Positions 24,801-37,338 of a stretch of DNA of 64,000 nucleotides are shown here, piece by piece. The notes under the pieces were generated by a model. The model did not search any database, was not told where the DNA came from, and was given only the letters and a program-made list of their open reading frames with translations. Position 1 is the first letter of the stretch. The number at the start of each line of letters is the position of its first letter. Origin of the DNA: Mayamaea pseudoterrestris (taxonomy: Eukaryota); assembly GCA_027923505.1 (NCBI GenBank), contig BROI01000012.1:372001-436000 (forward strand). The letters run 5' to 3'. The position numbers and the translations under genes were made by a program.

Positions 24801-27800
24801 ATGACAACTTGTCACCAGTCTCAGCCCGCAGATGCCGTGACATTCAAACGCCCCTACAGCAAGATCTGTAGGTGCCCAAAATACACCAGATTGGTGCCAA
24901 CATCATTGTTCAGGCTGCGCTACAAGATGGTAGGCTTGGCTGGTGTCTCAGAGGATGGCAAAGTATTTGGTGACAACTTGTCACCAGTCTCAGCCCGCAG
25001 ATGCCGTGACATTCAAACGCCCCTACAGCAAGCCCTGTAGGTGCCCAAAAAACACCAGAATGGTGCCAACATCATTATTCAGGCTGAGCTCCAAGATGGT
25101 AGGCTTGGCTGGTGTCTCAAAGGATGGCAATGTATTTGGTGACAACTTGTCACCAGTCTCAGCCTGCAGATGCTGTGACATTCCAATGCCCTTACAGCAA
25201 GCCCTGTAGGTGCCCAAATTACACCAGAATAGTGCCAACATCATTATTCAGGCTGTTCTCCAAGATCATAGGCTTGGCTGGTGTGTCAGGGGATGGCAAT
25301 GTATTTGGTCACCAGTCTCAGCCCGCAGATGCCGTGACATTCAAACGCCCCAACAGCAAGCCCTGTAGTTGCCCAAAATACACCAGAATGGTGCCAACAT
25401 CCTCATTCAGGCTGCGCTACAAGATGGTAGGCTTGGCCGGTGTCTCAGGGGATGGCAATGTATTTGGTGACAACTGGTCACCAGTCTCAACCCGCAGATG
25501 CCGTGACATTCAAACGCCCCTACAGCAAGATCTGTAGGTGTACAAAATACACCAGATTGGTGTCACATCATTATTCAGGCTGCGCTACAAGATGGTAGGC
25601 TTGGCTGGTGTCTCAGGGGATGGCAATGTATTTGGTGACAACTTGTCATCAGTTTCAGCCCATAGATGCCGTGACATTCAAGCGCCCCTACAGCAAGCCC
25701 TGTAGGTGCCCAAAATACACCAGAATGGTGCCAACATCATAATTCAGGCTGCGCTACAAGATGGTAGGCTTGGCTGGTGTCTCAGGGGATGGCAATGTAT
25801 TTGGTGACAACTTGTCACCAGTCTCAGCCTGCAGATGCCGTGACATTCAAACGCCCCTACAGCAAGCCCTGTAGGTGCCCAAATTACACCAGAATGGTGC
25901 CAACATCATTGTTCAGGCTGAGCTCCAATATGGTATGCTTGGCTGGTGTCTCAGGGGATGGCAATGTATTTGGTGACAACTTGTCACCAGTCTCAGCCCG
26001 CAGATGCCGTGACATTCAAACGCCCCTACAGCAAGATCTGTAGGTGCCGAAAATACACCAGAATGGAGCCAACATCCTTATTCAGGCTGCGCTACAAGAT
26101 GGTAGGCTTGGCTGTTGTCTCAGGGGATGACAATGTATTTGGTGACAACTTGTCACCAGTCTCAGCCTTCAAATGCCGTGACATTCAAACGCCCCTTCAG
26201 CAAGCCCTGTAGATGCCCAAAATTCACCAGAATGGTGCCAACATCATTATTCAGGCTACGCTACAAGATGGTAGGCTTGGCTTTTGTCTCAGGGGATGGC
26301 AATGTATTTGGTGACAACTTGTCACCAGTCTCAGCCCGCAGATGCCATGACATTCAAACGCCCCTACAGCAAGCCCTGTAGGTGCCCAAAATACTCCAGA
26401 ATGGTGCCAACATCTTCATTCAGGCTGAGCTCTAAGATGATAGGCTTGGCTGGTGTCTCAGGGGATGGCAATGTATTTAGTGACAACTTGTCACCAGTCT
26501 TAGCCCGCAGATGCCGTGACATTCAAACGCCCCTACAGCAAGCCCTGTAGGTGCCCAAAATACACCATAATGGTGCCAGCATCATTATTAAGGCTGCACT
26601 ACAAGATGGTAGGCTTGGCTGGCGTCTCAGGGGATGGCAATGTATTTGGTGACAACTTGTCACCAGTCTCAGCCCGCAGATGCCATGACATTCAAATGCC
26701 CCTACAGCAAGCCCTGTAGGTGCCCAAAATACTTCAGAATGGTGCCAACATCCTAATTCAGGCTGCGCTACAAGATGGTAGGCTTGGCTGGTGTATCAGG
26801 GGATGGCAATGTATTTGGTGACAACTTGTCACCAGTCTCAGCCCACAGATGCTGTGACATTCAAATGCCCCTACAGCAAGACCTGTAGGTGCCCAAAATA
26901 CACCAGATTGGTGTCAACATCAGTATTCAGGCTGCGCTACAAGATGGTAGGCTTGGCTGGTGTCTCAGGGGATGGCAATGTATTTGGTGACAACTTGTCA
27001 CCAGTCTCAGCCCGCAGATGCTGTGACATTCAAATGCCCCTACAGCAAGCCCTGTAGGTGCCCAAATTACACCAGAATAGTGCCAACATCATTATTCAGG
27101 CTGCGCTACAAGATGGTAGGCTTGGCTGGTGTTTCAGGGGATGGCAATGCATTTGGTGACAACTTGTCACCAGTCTCAGCCCACAGATGCCATGACATTC
27201 AACGCCCCTACAGCAAGCCCTGTAGGTGCCCAAAATACACCATAATGGTGCCAGCATCATTATTCCGGCTGCACTACAAGATGGTAGGCTTGGCTGGTGT
27301 CTCAGGGATGGCAATGTATTTGGTGACAACTTGTCACCAGTCTGAGCCCACAGATGCCGTGACATTCAAACGCCCCTACAGCAAGCCCTGTAGGTGCCCA
27401 AAATACACCAGATTGGTGTCAACATCATTATTCAGGCTGAGCTCCAAGATGGTAGGCTTGGCTGGTGTCTCAGGGGATGGCAATGTATTTGGTGACAACT
27501 TGTCACCAGTCTCAGCCCACAGATGCCGTGACATTCAAACGCCCCTACAGCAAGCCCTGTAGGTGCCCAAAATACACCAGAATGGTGCCAACATCATTAT
27601 TCAGGCTACGCTACAAGATGGTAGGCTTGGCTGGTGTCTCAGGGGATGGCAATGTATTTGGTGACAACTTGTAACCAGTCTCAGCCCGCAGATGCCATGA
27701 CATTCAAATGCCCCTACAGCAAGCCCTGTAGGTGCCCAAAATACACCAGAATGGTGCCAACATCATTATTCAGGCTGCGCTACAACAAGGTAGGCTTGGC

Positions 27801-27850
27801 TGGTGTCTCAGGGGATGGCAATGTATCTGGTGACAACTTGTCACCAGACT
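24801..27850 (+). repeat. Satellite A block 3, ~18 copies
   Basis: Same 169-bp monomer. Confidence 0.97.
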
Positions 27851-30050
27851 CATAATTTACTGTCAGGGTGTTGGCCACCCCCATCCTGCAGACCATTCAA
27901 TGGTGTAGGCCTCCAGGCAGTCCGTTTTGCACCATGTCAGACCATCCTCGTGTCAAGGGCTCAACCTTGACATGTTTTGCCTGACTCATTGGGTTGTTAG
28001 GTGGCCAGGGCATGGGGCATTGTAGTGGTATGATTCCATAATTTGGGGTGTTGGCCACACCCAGCCTGCAGACCATTCCATGGTGTAGGCCTCCAGGCAG
28101 TCCGTTTTGCACTATTTCAGACCATCCTCATGTCAATGGCACACCCTGGACATGTTTTGTTTGCCTCATTGGGTATTTGGGTGGCTAGGGCATAGGGCGT
28201 TTGACAGGTCAGAATCTACAACTTGTGGTGTTGGCCAAACCCAGCCTGCAGACCATTCCATGGTGTAGGCGTCCAGGCAGTCCGTTTTGCACTATTTCAG
28301 ACCATCCTCATGTCAATGGCACACCCTGGACATGTTTTGCTTGACTCATTCGGTATTTGGGTGGCTAGGGCATAGGGCGTTTGACAGGTCAGAATCTACA
28401 ACTTGTGGTGTTGGTCAAACCCAGCCTGCAGACCATTCCATGGTGTAGGCCTCCAGGCAGTCCGTTTTGCACCATTTGAGACTCTGCACCTGTCAATGGC
28501 ACACCCTGGACATGTTTTGCTTGACTCATTGGGTATTTGGGTGGCTAGGGCATAGGGCGTTTGACAGGTCAGAATCTACTACTTGTGGTTTTGGCCATAC
28601 CCACCGTGGAGGCCATTATATAATGTAGGCCTCCAGGCAGTCCTTTATGCACCATTTGAGACTCTGCACCTGTCAATGGCATACCCTGGGCATGCTTTGC
28701 CTGACTCATTGGGTATTTGGGTGGCCATGGCATAGGGCATTTGACAGGTCAGAATCTGCAACTTGTGGTTTTGGCCATACCCACCGTGGAGGCCGTACCC
28801 ATGGTGTCAGCCTCCAGCCAGTCCTCTTTGCACCATTTGAGACTCTGCACCGGTCAATGGCATACCCTGGACATGTTTTGCCTGCCTCATTGGGTATCTG
28901 GGTGGCCTAGGCATGGGGCGTTTGACAGGTCAGAATCTACAACTTGTGGTGTTGGCCATACCCACAGTGGAGGCCGTACCCATGGTGTCAGCCTCCACGC
29001 AGTCCTTTTTGCACCATTTGAGACTCTGCACCTGTCAATGGCATACCCTAGAAATGTTATGCCTGACTCATTGGGTATTTGGGTGGCCAGGGCATGGGGC
29101 GTTTGACAGGTCAGAATCTACAACTTGTGGTGTTGGCCATACCCACAGTGGAGGCCGTACCCATGGTGTCAGACTCCAGGCAGTTCTTTTTGCACCATTT
29201 GAGACTCTGCACCTGTCAATGGCATACCCTGGACATGTTTTGCCTGACGCATTGGGTATTTGGGTGGCCAGGGCATGGAGTGTTTGACAGGTCAGAATCT
29301 ACAACTTGTGGTGTTGGCCATAATGGTGTCAGCCTCCAGGCAGTATTTTTTGCACCATTTGAGACTCTGCACCTGTTAATAACATACCCTAGACAGGTTT
29401 TGTCTGACTCATTAATGGCACACCCTGGACATGTTTTGCCTGACTAATTGGGTATTTAGGTGGCCAGGGCATGGGGCATTGTAGTGGTATGATTCCATAA
29501 TTTGGGGTGTTGGCCACACCCAGCCTGCAGACCATTCCATGGTGTAGGCCTCCAGGCAGTCCGTTTTGCACCATTTCAAACCATCCTCAGTCAATGGCAC
29601 ACCCTGGACATGTTTTGCCTGACTCATAGGGTTGTTGGGTGGCCAGGGCATGGAGCATTGTAGTGGTATGATTCTGTTGGGGTGTTGACCACACCCAGCC
29701 TGCAGACCATTCCATGGTGTAGGCCTCCAGGCAGTCCGTTTTGCACCATTTCAAACCATCCTCAGTCAATGGCACACCCTGGACATGTTTTGCCTGACTC
29801 ATTGGGTTTTTGGGTGGCCAGGGCATGGGGCATTTGACAGGTCAGAATCTAAAACATGTGGTGTTGGCCATACCCACAGTGGAGGCCGTACCAATGATGT
29901 CAGCCTCAAGGCAGTCCTTTTTGCACCATTTGAGACTCTGCACCTGTCAATGGCATACCCTGGACATGTTTTGCCTGACTCATTGGGTTGTTGGGTGGCC
30001 AGGGCATGGGGCATTTGACAGGTAAGAATCTAAAACTTGTGATGTTGGCC
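27851..30050 (+). repeat. Satellite B block 3 (B1, B1/B2 hybrids, B2, B1, B2), ~12 copies
   Basis: Same 180/181-bp monomer. Confidence 0.97.
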
Positions 30051-30829
30051 AGCCTTAATTGTCTTTTTAGCCATTGCCACCTTTAGACAAGGTATATGTG
30101 AGTTACTATGACACATACAATGTTGGACAACTTTTTCCCCTGGCAAAACAGGAGTAGATATACTGTATTCTGTGCGACTGTACCTGTATGTTATGCAGCA
30201 GCAGTGGCAGCACCCTCAGAAGTTTGGCCATCCCCATCATTTGAAGCATTCCCAACTTTCATTAGGATTTTGGTAAGGTAATCTACCTCTACAAACTTGG
30301 CAGTCATGCAAATCTTTCTAGTTTTGGGAATAGACATGCTAGTTTTCACATAGCTAATTATCCCGTAAGTTGCCACACCACACCACCAGGTCCACTGGGA
30401 ATCTCCATCAATTACAAACTTTGCCACCATGGGCCAAACTATCAATGAGGCCAACAGAATCAAACAAAACTGGCAAGCTCAAGTTTTGGGAAAGCTGTGG
30501 TTGTAGATGGGTGAAATAAAACAACAGCGCAGTCTATGAATCCGATTCATTCATATTAGTGCAATAAGATCATCTATAGCTGAATCCAAAGAGCTACGGT
30601 ATGGGAGGGCAGTTCAGATATCCATCCACACAGGAACCAACTCCGGTGCTACAGTGCATAGCTTTCCATTTCTACCCCCAATTGTAGTCTTGCTCCATCA
30701 ATCCTGGTTGGCTAGGCTTGGGGACATGCTAGTGGTGAGATTCAGGGGGAAAATCATACATAGCTGATTCCTACCAGCTACAATATGGGAGGACAATCCA
30801 GACATTTACACAAGAACAAGCTCCATGGG

Positions 30830-31850
30830 ATGGAGACTATGCCAAGCCTTGGCGCCCTTCCACTACCATGGCAGGACAGCATTGTCCTGTTTGACTGATC
30901 AATGATGCACTGAAGCCTCCTTCATCAAGTGGTTGGAGCCTGGTTGGTGTTGGTGTTGGCAGTCAGCTGGTGTGGTTGTTTTTACACAGTCTATGGAGCA
31001 TTGGCCAGAGCTTGGTCCGAGCCTGGGGCATGAAATCCATTTGTGGGATGTTGAACAGTCACAAACATATATGTTTTGGATTTGTGCACAAGAATGGATC
31101 ATTCCATGTGCTTGTGGGTGCCAGAGCAAGTGGCATATAGCAGGAACAATGGCTAGGCCTATCATTTTATGGTTCGTAAAACAATGAAATGGAAACTATA
31201 CCAAGCCTTGGCACCCTTCCACTACCATGGCAGGACAGCATTGCCCTGTTTGACTGATCAATGATGCACTGAAGCCTTCTTCATCAAGTGGTTGGAGCCT
31301 GGTTGGTGTTTGGCAAGCTGGTGTGGTTGTTTCCACACAGTCTCTGGAGCATTGGGCAGAGCTTAGCCAGAGCATGGGGCATGAAAGCCATTCCATGGGA
31401 TGGAACAGTCACTAACATTCATATCTTGGGTTTCTGCGCAAGAATGGATCATTCCATGTGCTTGTGATTGCCAGAGCAAGTGGCATATAGCAGGAACAAT
31501 GGCTAGGCTGATAATTTTATGGTTCATAAAACAATGAAATGGAGACTATTCTGTGCCATGGCGCCCTTCCACTACCATCACAGGACAGCATTGGCCTATG
31601 TGACTGATCAAAGATGCACTGAAGGTTCCTTTAACAAGTGGTCGCAGCCTGGTTAGGGTTTGGAAGTCAGTTGTTGTTTCCACACATTCTCTGGAGCATT
31701 GGCCAGAGTGTGGCCAGAGCCTAATATTTCTAAGTTCTTGTCATGGGATGTAGAGCAGTCATTGAAATAATCAGTTTGGGTTTGTGCGCATGACTGGATC
31801 ATTCCGTTCTTGTGGGTGCCAGAGCAAGTGGGTTTTCCATGTGCCAACCA
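30830..31850. repeat. Diverged ~355-bp tandem repeat, ~3 copies
   Basis: atgga(g/a)actat...cccttccactaccat...ggacagcattg at ~30830, ~31189, ~31540. Confidence 0.88.
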
Positions 31851-32301
31851 CAGCAAAGTGTCAGTGGGATTAGTGTGATTGATGAGCCAATCTTGCTAGC
31901 TTGATTCTACAAGCTGGATTGCCTGACTAGTACTTCAACATGCGGCAATGTTATGTATATTGGGGAAAACTTCTCATCAGTCCCAACCCAGCCAGCAGTC
32001 ATGACTTCCAACACATTGTACACTAAGCGCGATACAACTTGGTCGGTGACGTATTTCGAGCGTTTCACGACGCACGCCGGCCGTGCGGCTTGGCGCGTTC
32101 CGCCACCATGGCGTCCACACGAGTCGAAAGCTTCCGCGTTGCAACAACGAGGTCAAGTCGCTGCGTGCGGACCGAGCCTCATAACTGCTACTGTTTACGG
32201 TGTATCAAGGGACTGATAAATTACACTATTGCAGTAAAGGATTAAAGCCAAGAGCAAGGCAAATTTTTCTCCTGCTTTTACACTGAAAGCATCGTATCAT
32301 C

Positions 32302-35004
32302 ATGTCCAACGTTAGCACCGACTCGTCGTCCGTCAGTCCAGAGAATCAGCTAGCAGCCGACTTGATCAATTGCGCCATGCTTGTGAAGAAGGGTGACAAA
32401 TCCCATGTCTTGTTGCGACAGACGCTGCATAAGTTGACCGACTATTTGACGCTAGCGACCATTCCAGTGGAGGCATCAGCAACAGCTGCAGCTACAGCTC
32501 CATCAGGGAGTAACGACGAAGCGACGACGTCACATGCTCCGCAGCAGCAGCAACAAGTTTCTCGTCCTCATCATTCAGCAACTGCATTGCTTGAAAAGGT
32601 CGCAGAGTCAGTTGGTCTTGCGCATCCTCACGCCTCAACCGCAGCTGTTTCCTGCTCGAACGAGCAAAAGCAAGCGACGAGTGTCAAGAATGCGTCAAGA
32701 ATCAAGGCGGATCTCGCGAATCAGCAGCCTCCAGTCGCGACTCCAGTCAATTGGTGCTCGATTCACTTTTGTCAAAATTGCTTGACTTGTCGACCAGCGA
32801 CCAAGTCGCCTCCTCCTCCTCCTGCTGCGGCAAGTTCCGCAGCATCAGTCACGTCATCGAGTTCGCGTCGCACCAAGCCTGCCTTTTCTCGACCGACATC
32901 TTCCAACAATTCTAGTAGCAATACATCGTTACTCGCAACTGGCTGGTTAGAGCAGCAGCGACGAAGTAAAATGCGGGTCGTTTGGAAGCAAGTTTTGGCG
33001 AGCTTGGTGGAAGCGCGTCACTCAGGCGAGGAAACGACGTTATGGATTCAACGTGAAGTACAGACGCAACTACCAAATGGACACTTCAAAACGGAACTGG
33101 AGGCTTTGCACCAAATTCCTGTGAAATGGCTGGACCAAGTCATTTTTCACGAGTATTCCGCCGAGTGCAAGTTTACAGTCAAGGTGCAACACCTTGCGGA
33201 TGAATTCATATTTCGTTGTCCCAACAATCAAGAGGCTGCATTGAATTGGGTTGTCACGCTGAGGAGCCTCATGGAGCGGGCGAGAGCGACGGCTAATGGA
33301 GGAAATGACACTTCCAAGACGGGGCTTGACGAGCTATGGGAGGATGGTGTTTCAAACGGCACCTCCACATTCGTTGATGACACACAATTGCCAGTGCGTG
33401 ATGAAGCAGAAAACAAGAAACACGAAGCAGAAGAAACGACGCATGATTTGTCGGATACACATGCTACAACTGTCAAGGTTGCACCACCAGAGAGCGCGCA
33501 GCGACTTTCTTCGGCAGAGTCGGTCGCGCGTCGTCGAGTTACGCCACCTCCACCCGCTCAAGAGAAACGACCCGAGCAAGCACCATCTCCGACGCCGTCA
33601 CAGCAACAAAAGAAACCACTGCAGCAGCAAAGCCATCCCAGTCAAGGTCGTCAACGCATGGCCGTCTCGGAGCTTCGTGCGATTGCGCATGGAGCAGGCG
33701 TGCAAACAGTTGGCATGGAACGTGCGCAACTTGAGGAGGTTGTTCGGCGCATTCAGGCCGCGCAGCAACATGGAAGGTCAGTAGCAGATGCATCATCAAC
33801 AGTTCAGTCGGCGTCAGTCGCAGCAGCAGCAAATAAATCGCCATCTAGTGCAGCAGCAAACTCGGTGGCACCATCACCGCCAGCGCCTTCACCAACGGGC
33901 GACGATGCACGCAAGCGACAAAGCGCTGCCGAGGAAGCGACTGCTCGTCAACGCAAGGCCCAGGAAGAAGCTAGAATTGAAGCAGCCCAGCGTGCCAATC
34001 TAGCGGAGCGGTCGCGTGAACATGCGGCCGCTGCTGCGGATAAGAGTCGACGAGACGAGGAAGAACGACGGCGACTGGCGCAGGAGCGAGAGCAGCGTGA
34101 CGCGGAAGAACTACGCCGACGCATTGCTGAAAAACAAGCAGCCGATGTACGACGCAAGGCGGAAGAAGCGCAACGTCAAGCGCAGGAGAACTGGCAGAAG
34201 CAGCAGAAGGAATGGCAGCGACAACAGGCGGAAGATGAACAACGAAGGCGTCAGGCCGATGCCCAGGCAGCGGCGGAACGTAAGCGACAAGAGCAGGCTT
34301 ACCAGAAGCAGCAGTGGCAATCCCAGCAGCAACGGCCGCCACATCAACAACAACAACAACCACAATATCCATCGCAGCGACCACAATGGCAACATCCGGG
34401 CCAACCGCATGGTCCGAATGGAATGCCTCCTGGTCAATATCCAGCGAGTCAGTATCCTGGTCAACAGCAACAACATGCTCAACAACAAGGGCATCCACCG
34501 TTTCATAATCAGCAGCAGTCACAACAACAGCGGCCAGGCTTTGCGCCGCAACAAGGCGTATCGCAGGCGTCACTAAAGTACGCGAAAATGGCGCACGCCG
34601 ACGAAGGTGAGCGCACGATGAACAATATCAAGCATGGCATTCTCATTCAATGGGCCCTAGTTCCACCCATGCTGCAAGTACTTCGACCGATCGACGAGCT
34701 CATTGTATCAATACAGACTGTATTTCCGCCCAATTTCGGTGTGCCGGGCCACGAGTATTTTGCCAAGTGGAAACCTATATCAACGCAAGAGATTTCACAA
34801 GGGCATAGCATGGGCAATCGGCCTGACGAAGCGAAACTGAAAAAGGCCATGCGCAAGCTGCGGTTCTTTTTGCATCCCGATAAACTGCCAAATGATTTGA
34901 ACAAGGAGCAAGCGTTCATGTGCAAGATGCTATGGGACATTGTTTCGGATGCCGAAACGGATTGGAAGAAGAAAGAGGAGGAACTGGGATGGATCAACTC
35001 GTAG
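32302..35004 (+). CDS. Auxilin-like J-domain protein with a PH-like domain and a Q-rich coiled-coil middle
   Basis: 900-aa ORF; C-terminal KLKKAMRKLRFFLHPDK; PH-like TGWLEQQ...FIFRC...ALNWVVTL. Confidence 0.85.
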   Translation: MSNVSTDSSSVSPENQLAADLINCAMLVKKGDKSHVLLRQTLHKLTDYLTLATIPVEASATAAATAPSGSNDEATTSHAPQQQQQVSRPHHSATALLEKVAESVGLAHPHASTAAVSCSNEQKQATSVKNASRIKADLANQQPPVATPVNWCSIHFCQNCLTCRPATKSPPPPPAAASSAASVTSSSSRRTKPAFSRPTSSNNSSSNTSLLATGWLEQQRRSKMRVVWKQVLASLVEARHSGEETTLWIQREVQTQLPNGHFKTELEALHQIPVKWLDQVIFHEYSAECKFTVKVQHLADEFIFRCPNNQEAALNWVVTLRSLMERARATANGGNDTSKTGLDELWEDGVSNGTSTFVDDTQLPVRDEAENKKHEAEETTHDLSDTHATTVKVAPPESAQRLSSAESVARRRVTPPPPAQEKRPEQAPSPTPSQQQKKPLQQQSHPSQGRQRMAVSELRAIAHGAGVQTVGMERAQLEEVVRRIQAAQQHGRSVADASSTVQSASVAAAANKSPSSAAANSVAPSPPAPSPTGDDARKRQSAAEEATARQRKAQEEARIEAAQRANLAERSREHAAAAADKSRRDEEERRRLAQEREQRDAEELRRRIAEKQAADVRRKAEEAQRQAQENWQKQQKEWQRQQAEDEQRRRQADAQAAAERKRQEQAYQKQQWQSQQQRPPHQQQQQPQYPSQRPQWQHPGQPHGPNGMPPGQYPASQYPGQQQQHAQQQGHPPFHNQQQSQQQRPGFAPQQGVSQASLKYAKMAHADEGERTMNNIKHGILIQWALVPPMLQVLRPIDELIVSIQTVFPPNFGVPGHEYFAKWKPISTQEISQGHSMGNRPDEAKLKKAMRKLRFFLHPDKLPNDLNKEQAFMCKMLWDIVSDAETDWKKKEEELGWINS

Positions 35005-35644
35005 TGGACAGGCAGCAAGTGTTTGGTGTTTGGGTTGCGTGCCTTTGCTGGTGGTCGAGTAGCAATGTTGATTTGGCGTAATTGTATCATCGTACTGTAT
35101 AAAACATTTTTAGTATCAATACTTGTAGCATGCTAATTCTCCATGAAAGATTGATTGCGTTCTTCAGGAGAAGGACGAGCGACGCCCCATTACCGCGTAA
35201 ACCCACCGCTATTCACACCCTCGGTTGCCAGCCAGCATCTACAAGATGGTCCACTGAATGTAGCTAATCATAATGTTAACATAATGCTTACAATATTCGT
35301 TTATATTAGATTAGTCCATGAACGGATTAATCATGGATAGAATTCCAACAAGTGATTGCTGCAAGCTGTCATTCCGTGGGTCAAAAGAAACCCCACTGAA
35401 AACAGCAGTTACTCATGCTCTAGCTTGACGCGCTGGGGCAAAATGCATTCTTACAATGACATTTTACAGTTGGCGCGGGAGGGTGTGAAAGAACTGGGTG
35501 CAAGAATTTTCAACAGTGGATTGGAGCTGATGTTTGAGCCGCATCCTACGTTTGTTGGTGGCAAACAGCGACGCATGCTGGTTGCTACTGAAGGCGGGTG
35601 GAAAAGTATACCGAGGCACTACAAGCCTGCGTTTGAGCGGTACT

Positions 35645-36992
35645 TTAACATGAACGGAAGCTTGAATCGCCAATCACTTTACCATCAGCATCGACACCAG
35701 CCTCTTGACTACCGTTGTAGCATTGCAGAATGATAAAGACTTTCTTTGACAGTAGTAGAAGCTTGCTCTGCAGTGCCTCGTCTTTGAGCCCCTGTCGTTT
35801 AAACTCTTTCCGACGAAGTTTTTCGACTTCCTGCAGCTCTACGAGGACAACTTGGTACATGAGTGAATCTTTATAGCGATCATACTCGCCATCTCGACAG
35901 CCATGTAGCGTAAACTTGTGAGTCTTGAGGTACGAGTTTGGCTGCAACGCATGAGCAAGAAAGTGAATGAGATGTGGCTTTTTAAGTATGCGTTCACGTC
36001 CGCTCACACAAATGACTTACCGAGAAGCGCATGTGACAAAACATGGAATCGCTGGCCAGTAAAGCCCCAGCACGTATATCATTGTCATCCTTTTTGGCCT
36101 CGGCCAAGATGGAAGCAATGAAAAGGGTACTGCCAAGCGCAAGATCGTCCAAATTTGCGGCTTTGTAAACTCCGCAGCTGAATCCACTGGCAGTAGATGG
36201 TCCTTGGCCTGGAGCTGGCATTATTGGTAGTGGACCATTAGCTGAATCCAACTCTGGAAGCGTTGCAAACAAGGCCTCCCACAGACAGTCAGCAATATCG
36301 CTTTCGCCGCGAATGTACCAGTTGCATGGAGCCATGGATTTAGAAACCATAGTAACTTTACCATCTGTTACATCACTTTCACTTTGCGTTTTGCATTGTC
36401 GGAAATTCATTCCGTTTTTAAACAAGAACTCGAACAGCTTTGTCATCGTCAACTGATATTCCGCCGCTCGCTCAACGAGAAGATTCAAGATAGCCCGAAT
36501 CGAATCTTCACGCGGATAACCCTTGTCTCCAAAGTGAAAGTCGTACCACAAGTAGGCAGCAAGCTCCTTTTCAGTCAAAAGTTGTTGATAATACTCAAGA
36601 CGAGTGACTTTCTTCCAGGCAATGGCTTGCAACGACTTGTCATACATGGGCTTGTCGTACAGGAACAAGGCAAACTTTCGAAGCTCTCGCTGCTCCTTCT
36701 TGTCCCGACTTGACTTCATGAGACGACGAAGAACGCGAGTCTCCACTGTACTGAATCCGTCCAAAATACAGTCGCCGTACCACTGAAAGAATCCTTGACA
36801 ACCGCCAAAAACTGCGTCTTTTGCGTTAGCTGTCTTGCCAACAAGAGACGACCAAACATTAGATCCAAGTTCATAGGCTTCTATTGAAGTCTTTTGCGAA
36901 TGAATCTCCAAGAAGGACTACAGTTGATCCGTTCGAACAATTTCAAAGGCTTTGTTAACGGTGTCAAAGACGTAATCATCACGCTGCTCCAT
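35645..36992 (-). CDS. Hypothetical protein, spliced (intron 35942-36020); 5' end uncertain
   Basis: A GTAAGT...TTGCAG intron joins the 305-aa and 120-aa ORFs in frame (MRFS|PNSY); the TAG at 36918-36920 is either a premature stop or an intron acceptor. Confidence 0.5.
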
Positions 36993-37338
36993 TTTCTGCT
37001 GTCGGATAATTGCCGACGCGGAAGGTTGATAGCCATGAGTCTGACTGCATCGCAAGGTCGGAGAGCGAGGACGACGGCCGTTAGCCATTATAATGTGTAT
37101 ATATTGTAGTCAAATGTAGAAAGATCGTTCAGAAAGTGGTGCAGATTCGAAGCCATGGCCATGGTCGCAGGATGCATCAGAATCATGTCGTGCCAATGAG
37201 GGGCGCGCAACTCCCAATGTCTCACCACTTTTGGAATCGCATCGTTATTGATCTTCGCTTTGCGTGAAAGGATTCTTCTCACGCGACGAACAAAACGTGG
37301 ATCGCTGCTTATTCACCTTCAGATGATCATATTGCAAT

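Noticed and set aside
15338..30025. Dozens of ~88-aa and similar ORFs in the satellites
   Set aside because: Monomer lengths 169, 172 and 181 are not multiples of 3; the ORFs are by-products of the repeat
15003..30050. CRISPR-like array (palindromic repeat at regular spacing)
   Set aside because: The sequence between palindromes is itself repeated, so there are no unique spacers; no cas genes; eukaryotic context
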